Virus record (IMG/VR): IMGVR_UViG_3300026549_000001
Coordinates: 32,001-96,000 of that record
Source: a virus
Lineage: Duplodnaviria > Heunggongvirae > Uroviricota > Caudoviricetes
Strand: one strand, 5' to 3'
DNA length: 64,000 nt
Of the stretch, positions 10,763 through 20,807 are shown in pieces. Below the pieces are notes generated by a model that did no database searches, was not told the DNA's origin, and was given only the letters and a program-made list of their open reading frames with translations. Positions within the stretch are counted from its first letter, which is position 1, and each line of letters opens with the position of its first letter. The translations under genes were made by a program, and so were the position numbers.

Positions 10763-11383
10763 TTATGCCGCCTTTGTGTAGCGAATAATCTTGTCTGCCA
10801 ATCTTCTATATACCCGAAGATTGATAAGCAGATTTACAGGCTGTTCAGCAAGTCTCGTAGCACACATAAGTTTTACTTCGTCATTGTAAACTACTCTATC
10901 ATCACAGCCCTCAACCCTCCACAGGTCTTTCTTTATTCTATCAAAACCTATGGAATTTTCAATGTATTCCAACATGGCTTTTTTGCTTACCAAGATAAGT
11001 TCCATCTCTTCTACCTGTTGTGAAGCGTTTGAAATATTTTCACCATCTGGTACGGAGTGTTTGTGGATTACACCAATGAGCAAGTGCGTGGTTTCGAGAG
11101 AAGCGTTTACGCCCCAACCATCATACCTAATGCCGTTTTTATTAAGAACGGAAATCTCCCAATTATTTGTGCGGGGAAGATATTTCAATGATGCTTTGGA
11201 AGAAAGCATCTTAAAATCTACATTCATTCCGTCAATTATGGCATCAATTCCACGGACTTGCCTTTTCTTATCATGAACAAGTTCCACCGAATTGAATTTC
11301 TCTTTGAGAATTCGGGTTACAAGTCCGTTAAGGTGTTGTTCGATCTGGCTATCCTCTTTACGAGTGGTGTTGTAGTTAAGCAT
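10763..11383 (-). CDS. Putative PD-(D/E)XK-fold nuclease
   Basis: Q-x-x-G-I-D..VDFK..WEIS..GW pattern; AAAGGAGG RBS before ATG 11383. Confidence 0.55.
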   Translation of the reverse strand: MLNYNTTRKEDSQIEQHLNGLVTRILKEKFNSVELVHDKKRQVRGIDAIIDGMNVDFKMLSSKASLKYLPRTNNWEISVLNKNGIRYDGWGVNASLETTHLLIGVIHKHSVPDGENISNASQQVEEMELILVSKKAMLEYIENSIGFDRIKKDLWRVEGCDDRVVYNDEVKLMCATRLAEQPVNLLINLRVYRRLADKIIRYTKAA

Positions 11384-11412
11384 TAGCTTGTCCTCCTTTG
11401 TTTGATGTTTAT

Positions 11413-11441
11413 ATTGTATCATATATGGAAGAATTTGTCAA
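11413..11441 (-). promoter_or_regulatory. Sigma-A type promoter
   Basis: TTGACA-17 bp-TACAAT with TG extension. Confidence 0.7.
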
Positions 11442-11621
11442 TAGATTATACTAATTTATTTTAATATATTTTTCTTAATAAACCCTTGTAGTGAAATTAC
11501 CAACCCTTTTTCTTTTAACGCGACTTAAGGTATTCTCTTTTGTTGTGTTTCTTTTCATGTGTGTAAAAAAAAATAGTAATATTAAACTCTTTCCATTACA
11601 AGGGCTTATCAAGATATACAG

Positions 11622-12674
11622 TTACAGTAACCAATCTTTTCTTATTGGTAAATTATCATTAAACCAATTGTCTATATCTTCTTTATTCCATAATACAACA
11701 TAATTTATATTGTTTCGTTCAGCACATAATCTTTTTTGCACATCCTCAACTGTCCATATAGAAATAGCTCTTTGATAGTATGAAGATGATTGTTTAGATT
11801 TCCATTCACCTAATTTATCTAAATCTACTTTGTTATTACTATCAAACCAATGTCCTCCGTGAGAAGGATGATTATTTATTTCAATAAATAAATCTAAATG
11901 TGGTAAATAAAAATCACAAAAATAGGGATAACGACTATCTTTATATTCTTCTATATAAGAAGATATATTATAGGCTTCTAATAATAGAAGAAAATATTTT
12001 TCCATCTTGCTTCTTTTGTCATTCTTGCGTAATGTATTTGTTCTCTTACTCCAACATTCATCAGAATATACTTTTTCTAACTGTAAAGTATTTGACACCC
12101 CATATCTCTCTAAATTGGTAGTCATCATTTTTTGTTTGATTTCATCAGAATACATAGGATGGCTTACACCGTATTTTTGTAATAATGATTGTCTTATTTT
12201 TTCTTTTATACTTTCAGATGCAAATGGGTTTTCTGCATTATACCGAGAAATATTAGTCTGTTTAATTCTTTCTTGAATATCTTTATTTGCAAAAACATTT
12301 GATACTCCATATTTAGATAAATTAGTTTGAATTATCTTTTGTTTTACTATAGGAGATTTCAATACATTAGATACACCATATTTTTCTTTAACCGTAGAAG
12401 TTCTCTTTGCTTTGGTTTCTTCTGAACGCAGTTGTTTTTGTAGATTTCCATTAGTGTCAGAATTTGCACATTTAGAGGAACAATATTTAAGATAGCCCTT
12501 CACATAACCATTAAACTTTGTATCTTTTCCACACAAAGCACATTTTCCTTCATCTGCACTTTTTAGGTAACTATCATAATACTCTTTCAAAGTAATACTA
12601 TGCGATAGGCGTATATGACTACTTATCCCACATATTTGGATTTCTTTTCCACATATTTCACATTGTACTATCAT
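11622..12674 (-). CDS. Free-standing putative homing endonuclease; overlaps the end of the FtsK-1 N-gene
   Basis: Same family as the 6131-7000 ORF (YPYFCDFYLP..FIEIN..H, KYGVSN repeats). Confidence 0.8.
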   Translation of the reverse strand: MIVQCEICGKEIQICGISSHIRLSHSITLKEYYDSYLKSADEGKCALCGKDTKFNGYVKGYLKYCSSKCANSDTNGNLQKQLRSEETKAKRTSTVKEKYGVSNVLKSPIVKQKIIQTNLSKYGVSNVFANKDIQERIKQTNISRYNAENPFASESIKEKIRQSLLQKYGVSHPMYSDEIKQKMMTTNLERYGVSNTLQLEKVYSDECWSKRTNTLRKNDKRSKMEKYFLLLLEAYNISSYIEEYKDSRYPYFCDFYLPHLDLFIEINNHPSHGGHWFDSNNKVDLDKLGEWKSKQSSSYYQRAISIWTVEDVQKRLCAERNNINYVVLWNKEDIDNWFNDNLPIRKDWLL

Positions 12675-13431
12675 AAGGTCTTTCTAATGTATTAAACATT
12701 CTAATAGGAGTTTGTTCAGAAAAACACCCTGTACCCCCCGCTATGAGCATTGATGTGGAGGGAATAGTAGGATATAAAGAGGGGTTTTTATTTTGGTCGT
12801 TAAGATACCAAGCAATAGGAGATACTTGTTGAGTATTAGTGTTAATACATAAACCTACAGGTATAATGTTCCAAAAGAGGTCATCTTCTTGTTTGAATTT
12901 AGCCATTTTAGGAATAGGTTGCCTTTTCTTACATTCTACTTGAATAACACCTCTGTCAATAAATGTTTTTATATAGAAATAAGAAAAGTGTATGGACTTG
13001 TCACTCATTTCAGTAACAAATTCTTTTTTGTCAACTTCTTTTCCTGAACGGTCATATTCTATGTATATATATTTTCTGTCATAAAATATTACATCTGTGC
13101 CTAATCTTTTTTGTGCGATTTCGAACACCCAATCATCGAATGGAGCTTTTCTCAAGAATAATCCCTTAACAATAAAAGCTAATAAAAGCAATCCAAGAGC
13201 TAAAACACCACAATATAAAATAATGTGTCTGAAAATAGGATGTCCTGTAATATTAGCAGTTTGTTTGACAAAAGTAGAAGCAAATAAAAGAGCGGCTATT
13301 ATAAGAGCAATAATAGACAAGGTGCGTAGGGTTTTGAATACCCTATACATAAACTGATTTCTTGGTTGTATACCTTTGAGAACAACCTCTTCCTGTTTGT
13401 CATTTGCTATATTATCTTTAAAGAGTGCCAT
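12658..13431 (-). CDS. FtsK-like ATPase 1, N-terminal gene: 2 TM helices, ends in half of Walker A plus a 22-aa intein N-fragment (12661-12726)
   Basis: ..SMLIAGGTG/CFSEQTPIRMFNTLERPYDSTM*; CFxxxTPIRM is intein block A. Confidence 0.85.
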   Translation of the reverse strand: MALFKDNIANDKQEEVVLKGIQPRNQFMYRVFKTLRTLSIIALIIAALLFASTFVKQTANITGHPIFRHIILYCGVLALGLLLLAFIVKGLFLRKAPFDDWVFEIAQKRLGTDVIFYDRKYIYIEYDRSGKEVDKKEFVTEMSDKSIHFSYFYIKTFIDRGVIQVECKKRQPIPKMAKFKQEDDLFWNIIPVGLCINTNTQQVSPIAWYLNDQNKNPSLYPTIPSTSMLIAGGTGCFSEQTPIRMFNTLERPYDSTM

Positions 13432-13444
13432 TATTTCTACCTCC

Positions 13445-14515
13445 CTACAATACTAATCTTCCCGCACCATATACTGTATGTCTGTTATCATTATATATAA
13501 TACAAGGAGATGGTGGATTGTTTAAATATAAATTGTTTTTATTAAAATCTTCTTGTGGAAATAAATCTGTTCCATTTATAAGAAGATTGACAAGTCTTAT
13601 TTGTTCTTCTAAATCTTCAAACTCGTAGATGTGTATTAATCTTATTCCTTTTGTTTTACATAATATACTTTTAGTTAAATGATAATCTTTCGGAGTGCCA
13701 AATTCTACACTATGCCAATGAGTACCATTAAATTCTATAGCCAATGATATTTCGGGTAAGTAAATATCTAATTCATACGGAGAAATAATTTTTCTTGTAT
13801 GAGTTATAATTATTCCATCATAAGATAAATCATTTATGATAGATTGTTCAAGATGTGTGCGTGAACTGTAATATCCTTCAATAATCGAAATATCAGCAAT
13901 TCTTATATACCCTTTATTCTTATACCGCACAATGGGAAGAATTTGAGATTGTCGCCATCCTGTATTGAAGGGTAATTCCGATATAGGTATATATCCTAAT
14001 TCTCTCATATATAGAATATCTTGTTGTTTACTCTGTCTACATTTATTTATATATTCTTCTGTTTGAGCATAATTTTCTGTATGATACTTTTTTCTGCAAA
14101 TAGATACATACTGTTGTTTAAATTCTTCACTTTGAGTAAACCAATCACATTTATATCTTTTTTGGTTAGTGGATATAACCTTTTGCCTTATACTATTATA
14201 ATCAAATTTCTGTGCCTTTATTTGTTTAATGGTTTCCAATTTACTTATATTAGTTACGCCATATTTCTCTAATACAGTTTGTTTTCTCTTTTGTGTAGTT
14301 TCTGTACTCGAAGTCGCACATTTGTTTGAACAATATTTTCTATAACCTTTTGTAAATCCTAAAAAGGAAGTGGGATGTCCGCAAATAGGACAAACCCCAC
14401 TATTAGGATATATTAAATTATAATACTGCTGTATAGTATATTGATGTTTATGTTTTATATGATATAATAACCCTTTTTGTGTTTTTATATCTTCCCCACA
14501 AATTATACACTTCAT
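13445..14515 (-). CDS. Free-standing putative homing endonuclease
   Basis: Paralog of 4277-5281 (ISPYELDIYLP..AIEFNG.HWH; ends YGAG). Confidence 0.8.
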   Translation of the reverse strand: MKCIICGEDIKTQKGLLYHIKHKHQYTIQQYYNLIYPNSGVCPICGHPTSFLGFTKGYRKYCSNKCATSSTETTQKRKQTVLEKYGVTNISKLETIKQIKAQKFDYNSIRQKVISTNQKRYKCDWFTQSEEFKQQYVSICRKKYHTENYAQTEEYINKCRQSKQQDILYMRELGYIPISELPFNTGWRQSQILPIVRYKNKGYIRIADISIIEGYYSSRTHLEQSIINDLSYDGIIITHTRKIISPYELDIYLPEISLAIEFNGTHWHSVEFGTPKDYHLTKSILCKTKGIRLIHIYEFEDLEEQIRLVNLLINGTDLFPQEDFNKNNLYLNNPPSPCIIYNDNRHTVYGAGRLVL

Positions 14516-14555
14516 ATTGAACTACAATATATCTTTCCTCTTATTATTAAATAGA

Positions 14556-14996
14556 TTAAAATAGAGACGTAACATCATCATCGCCATAATAGGCGTTTAC
14601 TTTGGATATATTATAGTCACAGTTGTCACTAACATATTCATAGTCTGTTTGTTGTTCACAATCTCCATCAGCAGACCAACGACTTATAATATTGTGGCGT
14701 AAAGCAGATTCTAATACTTCCTTTACAGCATAGTCATAAGGCATTCTTCCTGTTTTACAAAATGAAAACACCGCATCTTCTGGATTAGATGTAAGCATAA
14801 AAGAATCGTAAGATGTTTCAAATTCTTTACACCCATTAAACCAAATAGTATTTTCATTTATTTCAGGAATACCCTCTCCATTTCCTCCGCAAATTCTTAT
14901 GCGTTTTTGAAAACAGCTTGCTATGATAGCTAATACATCATTTACAAATTCTTTTGTAAATGGTTCATCTGTTCTTCTCCAATAATTAGTATACAT
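14556..14996 (-). CDS. Phage-type hypothetical protein
   Basis: FSFCKT..PYD motif. Confidence 0.6.
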   Translation of the reverse strand: MYTNYWRRTDEPFTKEFVNDVLAIIASCFQKRIRICGGNGEGIPEINENTIWFNGCKEFETSYDSFMLTSNPEDAVFSFCKTGRMPYDYAVKEVLESALRHNIISRWSADGDCEQQTDYEYVSDNCDYNISKVNAYYGDDDVTSLF

Positions 14997-15009
14997 TTAT
15001 ATATCTACC

Positions 15010-15565
15010 TCACAACATAAAATTATTCCAAGTATCATAAACCGTAATTGCATCAGGACAATGTTCATACAAACACAATATTACATCTGTATATTTATTA
15101 AAATCGGGAAGTTCTTTTTTTGCTCCCTCTATATCCACAATGGTTCTATGCTCGGAATGGATAGTTCCTTTACTCATAACTGCGTGATATTTTATATTAT
15201 CATCTGATAAAACTTCTTCAAATAATTCAACAAGTAAAAGATGGGGGAACTTCAACTTTATCTAATTTACTATTAAGATAGTTTTTTGCTTCATTAGCTA
15301 ATATAGCATTTATTTCTATAACTTTAGTGCCAATTTCTGATATAGTATGCTTATATGGTTGATTGGAATATTGTTCTACATAGGATAAAAGTTTCTTCAT
15401 TAATGAGCTAATTGAACCATTAAACTCAATGCTTTGTGGTTGGTTGTCAACTCCCTTAATAGTAAACTTACCATTATCATCAATAGAGTCAATCTTAATG
15501 TTGAGAATGCCTTGTGGGTCTGCATTATCTAATATTTCTTGCAATTTAGACTTGGGTAATTTCAT
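15010..15565 (-). CDS. Two small hypothetical proteins (15227-15565 and 15010-15255)
   Basis: ORF track; coupled to the ATPase gene. Confidence 0.5.
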
Positions 15566-15567
15566 AA

Positions 15568-17745
15568 TTAATCTCTTTTCTTTTGGAATGGATTGCTTGT
15601 TAATAGCTTCACATCGTAATTAGAAATTATATGAATAAATCCAGTTCTGTTCTGACTGTCTATCATAAAACAATTACCTGTGGCTAATTTTGTGGTACTT
15701 GCAATAACACTATCTGTATCAATTGCGGTTGATGCATCTATTTTAGATGTGTCAAATTTATCTAAAAATAGTTTAGCTTCTTCCATAGAACTTCTAAACA
15801 TTACTTTGGTTGACATAAACTGTGCAATGTTATCAGGAAAGTGTGAGATGCCTTGTGAAGCCAATAAAGTAGCTGTATTAAGCGAACGCCCTATAACAAG
15901 GAATTTATCTATAAGGTCAGACATTTTTTTATTACCATACAATAAGTGAGCTTCATCACAAACTAATGTGGTAGGTATTTTATTATCTGATGATAGGAGT
16001 TCATATAATTTAGTTGTAATAATATACAAAATAGCAGAAGTGAATCTTTCATTAGCATCATAATCTTCCACTTTCTTTGTATAGTCAGGCAAACTCATTC
16101 CGTGTAAAGTAATAATTAAAGATGTTCCTCTATTTAAATATAATGGAGTAACATTTTCCTCTCTGGTGAATAATAATTTACCGTACTTATTATCTTCATA
16201 CATTTTTAGCATATTGCCTATTTTTTGACAAGATTCATTATCTCTGCTAAAAAGATAGTCAGCGACATCTTGCATATCTTTATAAACACCATCTCGGTTA
16301 TATGCAATAATAAAGTCTTGAATAATAGGTGTAATTGCTATAATATCCTGTTTATCTAATTTACCACATATTATCTCTATTATAGATAAAAGAGTAGAAC
16401 TATCAAATTTATCTAAAAATGTAAAAGGATTTAATGCTCCTGGGCGAATATTATTTATATCTATAAACTCAACAGAACTACTTACATTTAGTAATTTATT
16501 GAAGTCATTCTTCGGGTCTATACAAATAACCCTTTGCCCCATTCCTAAAGCATTTGCACATACATTTAATAGAAAAAATGTATTATGGGTAACTACTGTA
16601 TCTCCTGCAATAAATTGATGGTCTGGAGCATCTACCATAAAACAGGTACAATCTTCTTCTTTATTTAATGGTTGAATATCTATGATTTGTAAAGTGTTAT
16701 AATTGCGATAATGTTTTTTAACAATAGATGATGCTTCTAATGCTCTTTCTTTCTTTGCACTATATGAGAAAAAATTAGGCTTTCTTTCTGCAAAACAACC
16801 AACAAATATATTGTAACTTGGATTACCTTTTCGTAAGTCAGGATTTCTTTCTGAACAATACATATAACCCATACTACGGACAACCTCTATAATATCATCA
16901 ATAAGTTGTCTTGAACCACTACAATATGAAATATTATATCGTGGTGGAAGACCTATTGTACCATCTGTATCAAATAGCCCCTGTATAAGCTCCCACCTAT
17001 CCTCCTCGGTAGTATATTTATAACAATCGGGAATATACTTATTATAAGAATAACAATTTGTCAATAAATTTTGTATTTCTTCATTTTCTGTTAAATGCTT
17101 TGCGTGTACTCTGTTATTACTATTATCAAAATAAAAGCTATAAGTATATCCTACTTTCTCTTTTTTACAAGTAATTGTAGTATTTAATTGCTTACTTAAT
17201 AGTAATGCAATTTTATTTGGAACTTCTTCATTTCCAGAAGAAACCTGTAAGTCCCCATAACTGCGACAACCATTACCTAAAAATGCTCCAATTATATATG
17301 GTGCTACAGTATACGACTGCTTTGGGAATTGAAGCGCACCATTGTTTTGTAAATAAAAGTTATGTCTATTCGTGCTATCTGTGACACCCTTTTTTATTAT
17401 ATCTTCTACACTCATTATCTCCCACTTATATTTTTTGTGAGAAATTGTACCGACTAAAAACCTATGGTCTTTAGAACAAACTATTTTTCTTCGGTCGGCT
17501 AATGTCACTTGATACATTTCTTTTTTCCCTTGTGGAAAAACACCTAATACTTTGGTTGGTTGCCCATTTTGTCCAAAAATATAATCTTGTTCTTTTATAT
17601 CTGCTATTGTTTTCATCCCCTGCGGGGTTATTATCCGCTCACTATTAGCGATCGGCTTTCCGCTGCCTGGGGAACCTATCACAACTGAACCAGAAGCTCT
17701 ATTAGTCATTTGAGCAGTAACGGGCGACCATCTAACTGTACTCAT
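15568..17745 (-). CDS. VirB4/TcpF-like conjugation ATPase (ATPase domain only) containing an intein
   Basis: GSPGSGK/TFF Walker A, IDPKND, LVCDEAH Walker B, GRS..ASQ. Confidence 0.85.
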   Translation of the reverse strand: MSTVRWSPVTAQMTNRASGSVVIGSPGSGKPIANSERIITPQGMKTIADIKEQDYIFGQNGQPTKVLGVFPQGKKEMYQVTLADRRKIVCSKDHRFLVGTISHKKYKWEIMSVEDIIKKGVTDSTNRHNFYLQNNGALQFPKQSYTVAPYIIGAFLGNGCRSYGDLQVSSGNEEVPNKIALLLSKQLNTTITCKKEKVGYTYSFYFDNSNNRVHAKHLTENEEIQNLLTNCYSYNKYIPDCYKYTTEEDRWELIQGLFDTDGTIGLPPRYNISYCSGSRQLIDDIIEVVRSMGYMYCSERNPDLRKGNPSYNIFVGCFAERKPNFFSYSAKKERALEASSIVKKHYRNYNTLQIIDIQPLNKEEDCTCFMVDAPDHQFIAGDTVVTHNTFFLLNVCANALGMGQRVICIDPKNDFNKLLNVSSSVEFIDINNIRPGALNPFTFLDKFDSSTLLSIIEIICGKLDKQDIIAITPIIQDFIIAYNRDGVYKDMQDVADYLFSRDNESCQKIGNMLKMYEDNKYGKLLFTREENVTPLYLNRGTSLIITLHGMSLPDYTKKVEDYDANERFTSAILYIITTKLYELLSSDNKIPTTLVCDEAHLLYGNKKMSDLIDKFLVIGRSLNTATLLASQGISHFPDNIAQFMSTKVMFRSSMEEAKLFLDKFDTSKIDASTAIDTDSVIASTTKLATGNCFMIDSQNRTGFIHIISNYDVKLLTSNPFQKKRD
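16582..17655 (-). mobile_element. Cis intein (358 aa, class 3-like, LAGLIDADG) in the VirB4-like Walker A
   Basis: Starts with Pro; CSKDH block B; GAFLGNG and GLFDTDG; CTC block F; VTHN/T. Confidence 0.9.
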
Positions 17746-17786
17746 AAAAACTTCCCTTCTCCTTTCTTATAATATTAAATTGTATA

Positions 17787-18200
17787 TTATTCTCCCTGTG
17801 TTATAGTTGACATTATAACTCTATATACAGGATAATCGTGTCGTTGTATTCCAAAATTAGGATTTGCGGAATCTTCCCAATTTTGTAAATTTGTAGTGTC
17901 AAAAGAATATTTACTATCTTTTAACCATGTTCTATGTTCTCCTGTTGGCTCGGCTAATTTATTCTCAACTAACCAATCTTCTGCCCAATTATATCGAATA
18001 GTGTCCAATACAAATTCATCTTCCGCTATGGGTTGTTGCTTCATTTCTTCAAATTGTAATCCTGTAATTCCAAAAGAAACAACAGCCGCCCCCTCATATT
18101 CCAACCTAAATATAGTTGAATGGTTTATTGGGTCTGGTAATAATGTAATTGTTAATTCTCTACCATCAGGTATTTGATATTTTTTATTAGGGAATCTCAT
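17787..18200 (-). CDS. Hypothetical protein, DUF4313-like
   Basis: EDEFVLDT..WAEDWL.EN.LA..TG resembles 22650-22988. Confidence 0.45.
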   Translation of the reverse strand: MRFPNKKYQIPDGRELTITLLPDPINHSTIFRLEYEGAAVVSFGITGLQFEEMKQQPIAEDEFVLDTIRYNWAEDWLVENKLAEPTGEHRTWLKDSKYSFDTTNLQNWEDSANPNFGIQRHDYPVYRVIMSTITQGE

Positions 18201-18212
18201 AACTATCTCCTA

Positions 18213-18680
18213 TTAGTCTATTTTAGCATCATTTAAAAGTATTTCCGTTACAATGTTAAAAGGTATTTGATATATCCAATTCTCATTAGAATCATATAAA
18301 AGTATATGGTTATCTTCTATAACACCGTTTTCTATGTCATCATCTCTATTGTCGGGATTTATAAATACAGGAGCTAATTTAGAAAAGGTTTTTTCAAACC
18401 AATATTTACCCGCATTTACTAACCATTGATAGATACCTTTAACATCTTTTGTTTCATTTAAGGCTAAACATTCTTCATTATAAAGTTCTAATTTTTCATA
18501 CGGAATATCTACTATCCTTTTAGATTGAGCCATTAAAGCATTATACCAATTAAAGAATTCTTGTTTTGGTGGATAAGGTAAATGATTTAATCCATGTGTA
18601 ACCCATTCCGCAAGTATATTCAGATATTCTTGTTCTGATAACTCTATAAACAGTTTATCTTTTTCAAGGTAAGAATTCAT
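18213..18680 (-). CDS. Hypothetical protein
   Basis: ORF track; translationally coupled. Confidence 0.55.
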   Translation of the reverse strand: MNSYLEKDKLFIELSEQEYLNILAEWVTHGLNHLPYPPKQEFFNWYNALMAQSKRIVDIPYEKLELYNEECLALNETKDVKGIYQWLVNAGKYWFEKTFSKLAPVFINPDNRDDDIENGVIEDNHILLYDSNENWIYQIPFNIVTEILLNDAKID

Positions 18681-19246
18681 TAACCTACTACCCTTTCAAT
18701 ATGAATAATATCATTAAAATCTAACATAGTAACTTCTATCATTGAAGTATTATCTTCTAATACAGAATAGGTCATTCCGTCAAGAGAATGATATTGATAT
18801 TCACTATCTTTTGTATAACTCACTTCCTCTTGTATTTGTTCATCTCTTATATACTTAACATGAAAATCATCAAAAATAAAGAGTATATTAAATTGTGCTT
18901 GTTTTTCAGCATCTAATTCTTCCAATGTATAATATATATCATCAACCGTAACTCCTTTTACTTGCCAACTGCCTACAATAGAAAATGGTTCTTTTGTTAT
19001 TTCAGGAGTAGGTTCAACGGTTGGTACTTCTGTTGGTACTTCCGTTGGCGCATCTGTTTCAAGTGGTGGAGGTGTAGGAGCTACTGTTGGAGATACAGTA
19101 GGTTCTGTTGGTTGAGTGGTATCTACTATTTCTTGTGTAGGTGTAGGAGTGTTAGTTGGGGTGTTTGTATTTTTAGCACAAGCCACCATAAATAAAGAGG
19201 ATATAATTAAAATACCACTAATTATTTTACATATAGTTGATTTCAT
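18680..19246 (-). CDS. Lipoprotein with Thr/Pro-rich linker
   Basis: MVAC lipobox, TPT repeats, IVGSW domain. Confidence 0.7.
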   Translation of the reverse strand: MKSTICKIISGILIISSLFMVACAKNTNTPTNTPTPTQEIVDTTQPTEPTVSPTVAPTPPPLETDAPTEVPTEVPTVEPTPEITKEPFSIVGSWQVKGVTVDDIYYTLEELDAEKQAQFNILFIFDDFHVKYIRDEQIQEEVSYTKDSEYQYHSLDGMTYSVLEDNTSMIEVTMLDFNDIIHIERVVG

Positions 19247-19256
19247 TTTTTATAAT

Positions 19257-19568
19257 TCATTCCTTCTGTTTTAGTGAATTTTTGATATTATGCACATCAT
19301 CAAAATAATTTACGACCATGTGTGCAAACAAATGTAAGATATACATACCAAAACCAAAGAGCAATAATACAATTATCATCATAGCTATTTGATACATAGT
19401 GTTAAATAAAATGTTTTGTATTTTATTATAGTATTTTGCTACTGCTACAATTGTGGTTAAATATCGTAAAAATATCAAAAATCCCCCACCGCAAGTAAGC
19501 ACAGCAAAGGAGACCTTTAGTATCTTTTGAAGTTTTTCAGATGGATTTTTGAATAATCTATTTAACAA
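19257..19568 (-). CDS. Small membrane protein
   Basis: Two hydrophobic segments. Confidence 0.6.
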   Translation of the reverse strand: MLNRLFKNPSEKLQKILKVSFAVLTCGGGFLIFLRYLTTIVAVAKYYNKIQNILFNTMYQIAMMIIVLLLFGFGMYILHLFAHMVVNYFDDVHNIKNSLKQKE

Positions 19569-19779
19569 AATATATTCTCCCGTAAAGTAATACCATTAAA
19601 ACTTATATGTGAGTTGCTTTATACGCTGAACCACTATACCCATATCCCTTTTCAGAACTACTAACTTTATAGTTCAATTTAGGAGGTATATAAGTAGATT
19701 TCGATGGTATATATTTTCTCTTTAATCTTTTGTTAGTAGTAGAATTTGGTTTTCTACAATTTTTTATACTCATATATTA

Positions 19780-20061
19780 TCACATAGTACAGTCTATGAC
19801 TATTCTTTTGTATAAAGAAGGTTCTGTACTTTCTAACTCCTTCCATAGATAATAGAAGTTAGGTAATTCATGTTCACCTTTGAAGTCATAACAATATTCC
19901 CCTATCTTGTATAGGAAATGTCCCATAACAGGTTCATATATTATATCTCCATTATTAAACCGAGTGTGTAAAATTATTGAGAAATAATAACAATTTCCCG
20001 TACACCATTTACAGTCGATTTTGAATCTTCGATTGATAAATTCTAATACTTCAGTATTCAT
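19780..20061 (-). CDS. Hypothetical protein
   Basis: GNCYYF..GHF..YD motif. Confidence 0.55.
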   Translation of the reverse strand: MNTEVLEFINRRFKIDCKWCTGNCYYFSIILHTRFNNGDIIYEPVMGHFLYKIGEYCYDFKGEHELPNFYYLWKELESTEPSLYKRIVIDCTM

Positions 20062-20120
20062 TTTATATTATCTTATGATAAGAGAAATGCCGCTTATCAT
20101 AATTATTCTTCCCTTCTTGA

Positions 20121-20807
20121 TTATTCCACTTCTACAATATCATCATATAATATTCTATATTTTCCAAACGATTTGTCGAAATGATAATGTCCACAATAAA
20201 ATTGTTTAAATTTTACAGAATTACATAGTATCTCTAAATAATTAGTCAACCTATTGTGCATATAGGTAGGATTTATTAATGATTGAATAGAATCTGGCGC
20301 ACAATGAGCTATGATATAGTCTACACTATCATTATGTAATTGTAAGTTATTAAAGCCCTCCATGTACTCTTCTTCTGACGGTAGTTCTTCTTCCCACCAA
20401 CTAATATCTTTTTTACGAAGATACTTGTCAATAGATTCAGCCCCACCCATAGTAAAGAATTTTTTATTCTCAATGGTAAATACCTGACCGCGCATTAAAT
20501 GAATAATGTTTGGTCTTATTCTATGAATTTTACCGCCATTCCAAATTTCAATGGGATAACTGTTTAATAATTTATGGTTCTCGTGGTTGCCATCTACAAA
20601 TAATACTGTATATGGCTCACCTTCCCACCAACCTAATGTGCGGCTGTCTTTTTCGCCGCCATCCCAAATAGCCCCAAAATCTCCGCAAATAATCATATAG
20701 TCATTTTTAGAGAGGGTACTTCCTTGAGGAAAGTTTGAGGGAATAAATTTATCTATATCAATTTGTCCGTGTGTGTCGCCCGTAATAAACACCATAGTAT
20801 CAATCAC
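20121..20807 (-). CDS. Metallophosphoesterase
   Basis: GDTHG, GDFG, GNHE and GHYH motifs. Confidence 0.9.
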   Translation of the reverse strand: MIDTMVFITGDTHGQIDIDKFIPSNFPQGSTLSKNDYMIICGDFGAIWDGGEKDSRTLGWWEGEPYTVLFVDGNHENHKLLNSYPIEIWNGGKIHRIRPNIIHLMRGQVFTIENKKFFTMGGAESIDKYLRKKDISWWEEELPSEEEYMEGFNNLQLHNDSVDYIIAHCAPDSIQSLINPTYMHNRLTNYLEILCNSVKFKQFYCGHYHFDKSFGKYRILYDDIVEVE

